DNA of 25,059 nt from Candidatus Poribacteria bacterium (GTDB lineage Bacteria > Poribacteria > WGA-4E > UBA9662), in the NCBI GenBank assembly GCA_036339735.1, contig JAYZAL010000090.1, positions 1-25,059 of the forward strand, written 5' to 3'. Within the stretch, counting starts at the first letter, position 1, and each line of letters opens with the position of its first letter. Below the pieces are notes generated by a model. That model was not told the origin of the DNA and did no database searches. It worked only from the letters and a program-made list of their open reading frames with translations. The position numbers and the translations under genes were made by a program. This document shows, in pieces, positions 23,668-25,059 of the stretch.

Positions 23668-24426
23668 TTGAGAAGACCTATTATCGCAGGAAATTGGAAA
23701 TTAAATAAAACTATCGACCAGGCAGTGGATTTCGTTGTGGAACTACAGTCGTTAGTCGATGGAACTGAAGATGTTGAAGTTGTAGTTGCTCCGGCTTTTA
23801 CCGCTTTATCTGCAGTAGCGAATGCCCTAAATAACAGTTCAATTGGCGTTTCAGCTCAAGATTTATATTGGGAAAATAGTGGAGCTTTCACTGGTGAAAT
23901 TTCAGCAGAAATGATTGTTGATTCCGGTTGTTCTTATGTCATTGTTGGCCATTCAGAGCGCCGCCAGTTTTTTGGTGAAACCAACCAATCGGTTAATCAA
24001 AAGGTAAAATCCGCCCTAAAAAGTGGTTTAGTACCGATTGTTTGTGTCGGTGAAATGTTGGAAGACCGAGAAAATGGGAATACGCAAAAAGTTGTTACAA
24101 AGCAATTGATTGATGGTATAGATGGGTTGGTAAAAGCGGAAATTTCGCATATTGTTATCGCTTATGAACCAGTCTGGGCCATTGGCACTGGTAAGACAGC
24201 TTCTCCTGATCAAGCTCAAGAAGTACATTCTTTGATTCGGTCTGTCATAGCAACTTCGTACTCAGATCAGATTGCAGAATCGGTCCGTATTCAGTACGGA
24301 GGGAGTGTTAAACCGTCTAATGCTGCCGAATTGTTATCCAAACCTGATGTTGACGGGGCATTGGTTGGTGGCGCGAGTTTGGATGCTGACTCGTTTGCAG
24401 AAATCATTCGGGCTAGTCACCAATAG
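23668..24426 (+). CDS. tpiA: Triosephosphate isomerase
   Basis: AGNWK, GHSERR, AYEPVWAIGTG, YGGSVK and LVGGASL; TTG start with a GGAG RBS. Confidence 0.98.
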   Translation: MRRPIIAGNWKLNKTIDQAVDFVVELQSLVDGTEDVEVVVAPAFTALSAVANALNNSSIGVSAQDLYWENSGAFTGEISAEMIVDSGCSYVIVGHSERRQFFGETNQSVNQKVKSALKSGLVPIVCVGEMLEDRENGNTQKVVTKQLIDGIDGLVKAEISHIVIAYEPVWAIGTGKTASPDQAQEVHSLIRSVIATSYSDQIAESVRIQYGGSVKPSNAAELLSKPDVDGALVGGASLDADSFAEIIRASHQ

Positions 24427-24449
24427 TTAGCAATTCTGGGGAGAAAATT

Positions 24450-24902
24450 ATGAATATTTTAGTTGGATTTGTAGTAGCGGCTTTTGTCGCCATATGTTTT
24501 TTGCTAGTGATCGTGATTTTACTACAAGATAGCAAAGGTGAAGGCTTGTCTTCTAGTGCATTCGGTGGTAGTGGGTTAGAATCTGTTTTAGGTGGACATG
24601 GTGCTACCACATTTTTGTCTCGTGTGACAACTTGGACTGCCATCAGTTTCATGGTGATTGCTTTATTTTTGATGAAGTTTTATGGTGAATCTAATGATAT
24701 TGTACCGATTGAGCAATCTAACGTTTCTCAATCGGTACCTGAAGATGCTGTTGAGAAAACAGTCGTTCCTGATTCCAGTGCTACTAAATCTGAATCGCCA
24801 GAATCTAATACCTCGGAAGAGACGGACAGCGCAAAAACCGAAACAGAAGGTAGCAAGTCAGGTAGTGTTTCCAAAACAGCAGAAGTGCCATCGAGTGAAT
24901 AA
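24450..24902 (+). CDS. secG: Preprotein translocase subunit SecG with a long acidic Ser/Thr-rich C-terminal tail
   Basis: ILLQDSKGEGLSSSAFGG...FLSRVT motif, two TM helices, usual position downstream of tpiA. Confidence 0.93.
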   Translation: MNILVGFVVAAFVAICFLLVIVILLQDSKGEGLSSSAFGGSGLESVLGGHGATTFLSRVTTWTAISFMVIALFLMKFYGESNDIVPIEQSNVSQSVPEDAVEKTVVPDSSATKSESPESNTSEETDSAKTETEGSKSGSVSKTAEVPSSE

Positions 24903-24970
24903 CAGCTCACAAGATTTAAGTAGACGGAAAGCTTGCTAACTTGGGTTGTTCATCCTTTTGTAGAAAACCG

Positions 24971-25000
24971 AAAGCGGTCAATCTTGCTGATCGCTTTTTT
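24971..25000 (+). terminator. Intrinsic terminator after secG
   Basis: AAAGCGGTCA-ATCTTGC-TGATCGCTTT followed by TTT. Confidence 0.7.
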
Positions 25001-25059
25001 GATACTGTTTTTGGCTTTAGTGTATTTATCTACTAAATCGATCTACATTGTATCACTCT

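Noticed and set aside
24903-25059. tRNA-Leu, often found after secG
   Set aside because: No cloverleaf or GTTC-containing T-arm; only a weak 3' UTR stem (about 24901-24949) and a terminator.

Overview
A 25 kb window of bacterial chromosome from a diderm organism. BMC cargo genes, MinC and many unusual lipoproteins would fit Ca. Poribacteria or a similar lineage, but this is inference only. Left to right: (1) a truncated minC on the minus strand, preceded by a ~167-nt self-complementary RNA with a near-consensus sigma70 promoter; (2) a divergent operon that starts with two bacterial-microcompartment (BMC) cargo genes (PduL and a flavoprotein) and continues into envelope genes (secreted protein, DUF5683-like protein, lipoprotein, kinase-less Wzz/GumC-like co-polymerase); (3) a 1134-aa lipoprotein with beta-barrel-like features, Asp-rich Ca-binding-type motifs, a long structured leader and a strong terminator; (4) an exbB-exbD-exbD motor operon with no tonB, whose ExbB carries an extra periplasmic beta-sandwich domain; (5) a 9-SLBB Wza/KpsD-like export protein with a 9-bp VNTR, then a UPF0182 membrane protein; (6) two convergent minus-strand envelope genes; (7) gap-tpiA-secG without pgk. 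The best candidates for something undescribed are the Wzz / barrel lipoprotein / ExbBDD / Wza envelope module and the structured RNA upstream of minC. No mobile elements, tRNA, rRNA or CRISPR arrays were seen. All family calls come from reading motifs by eye, not from database searches.
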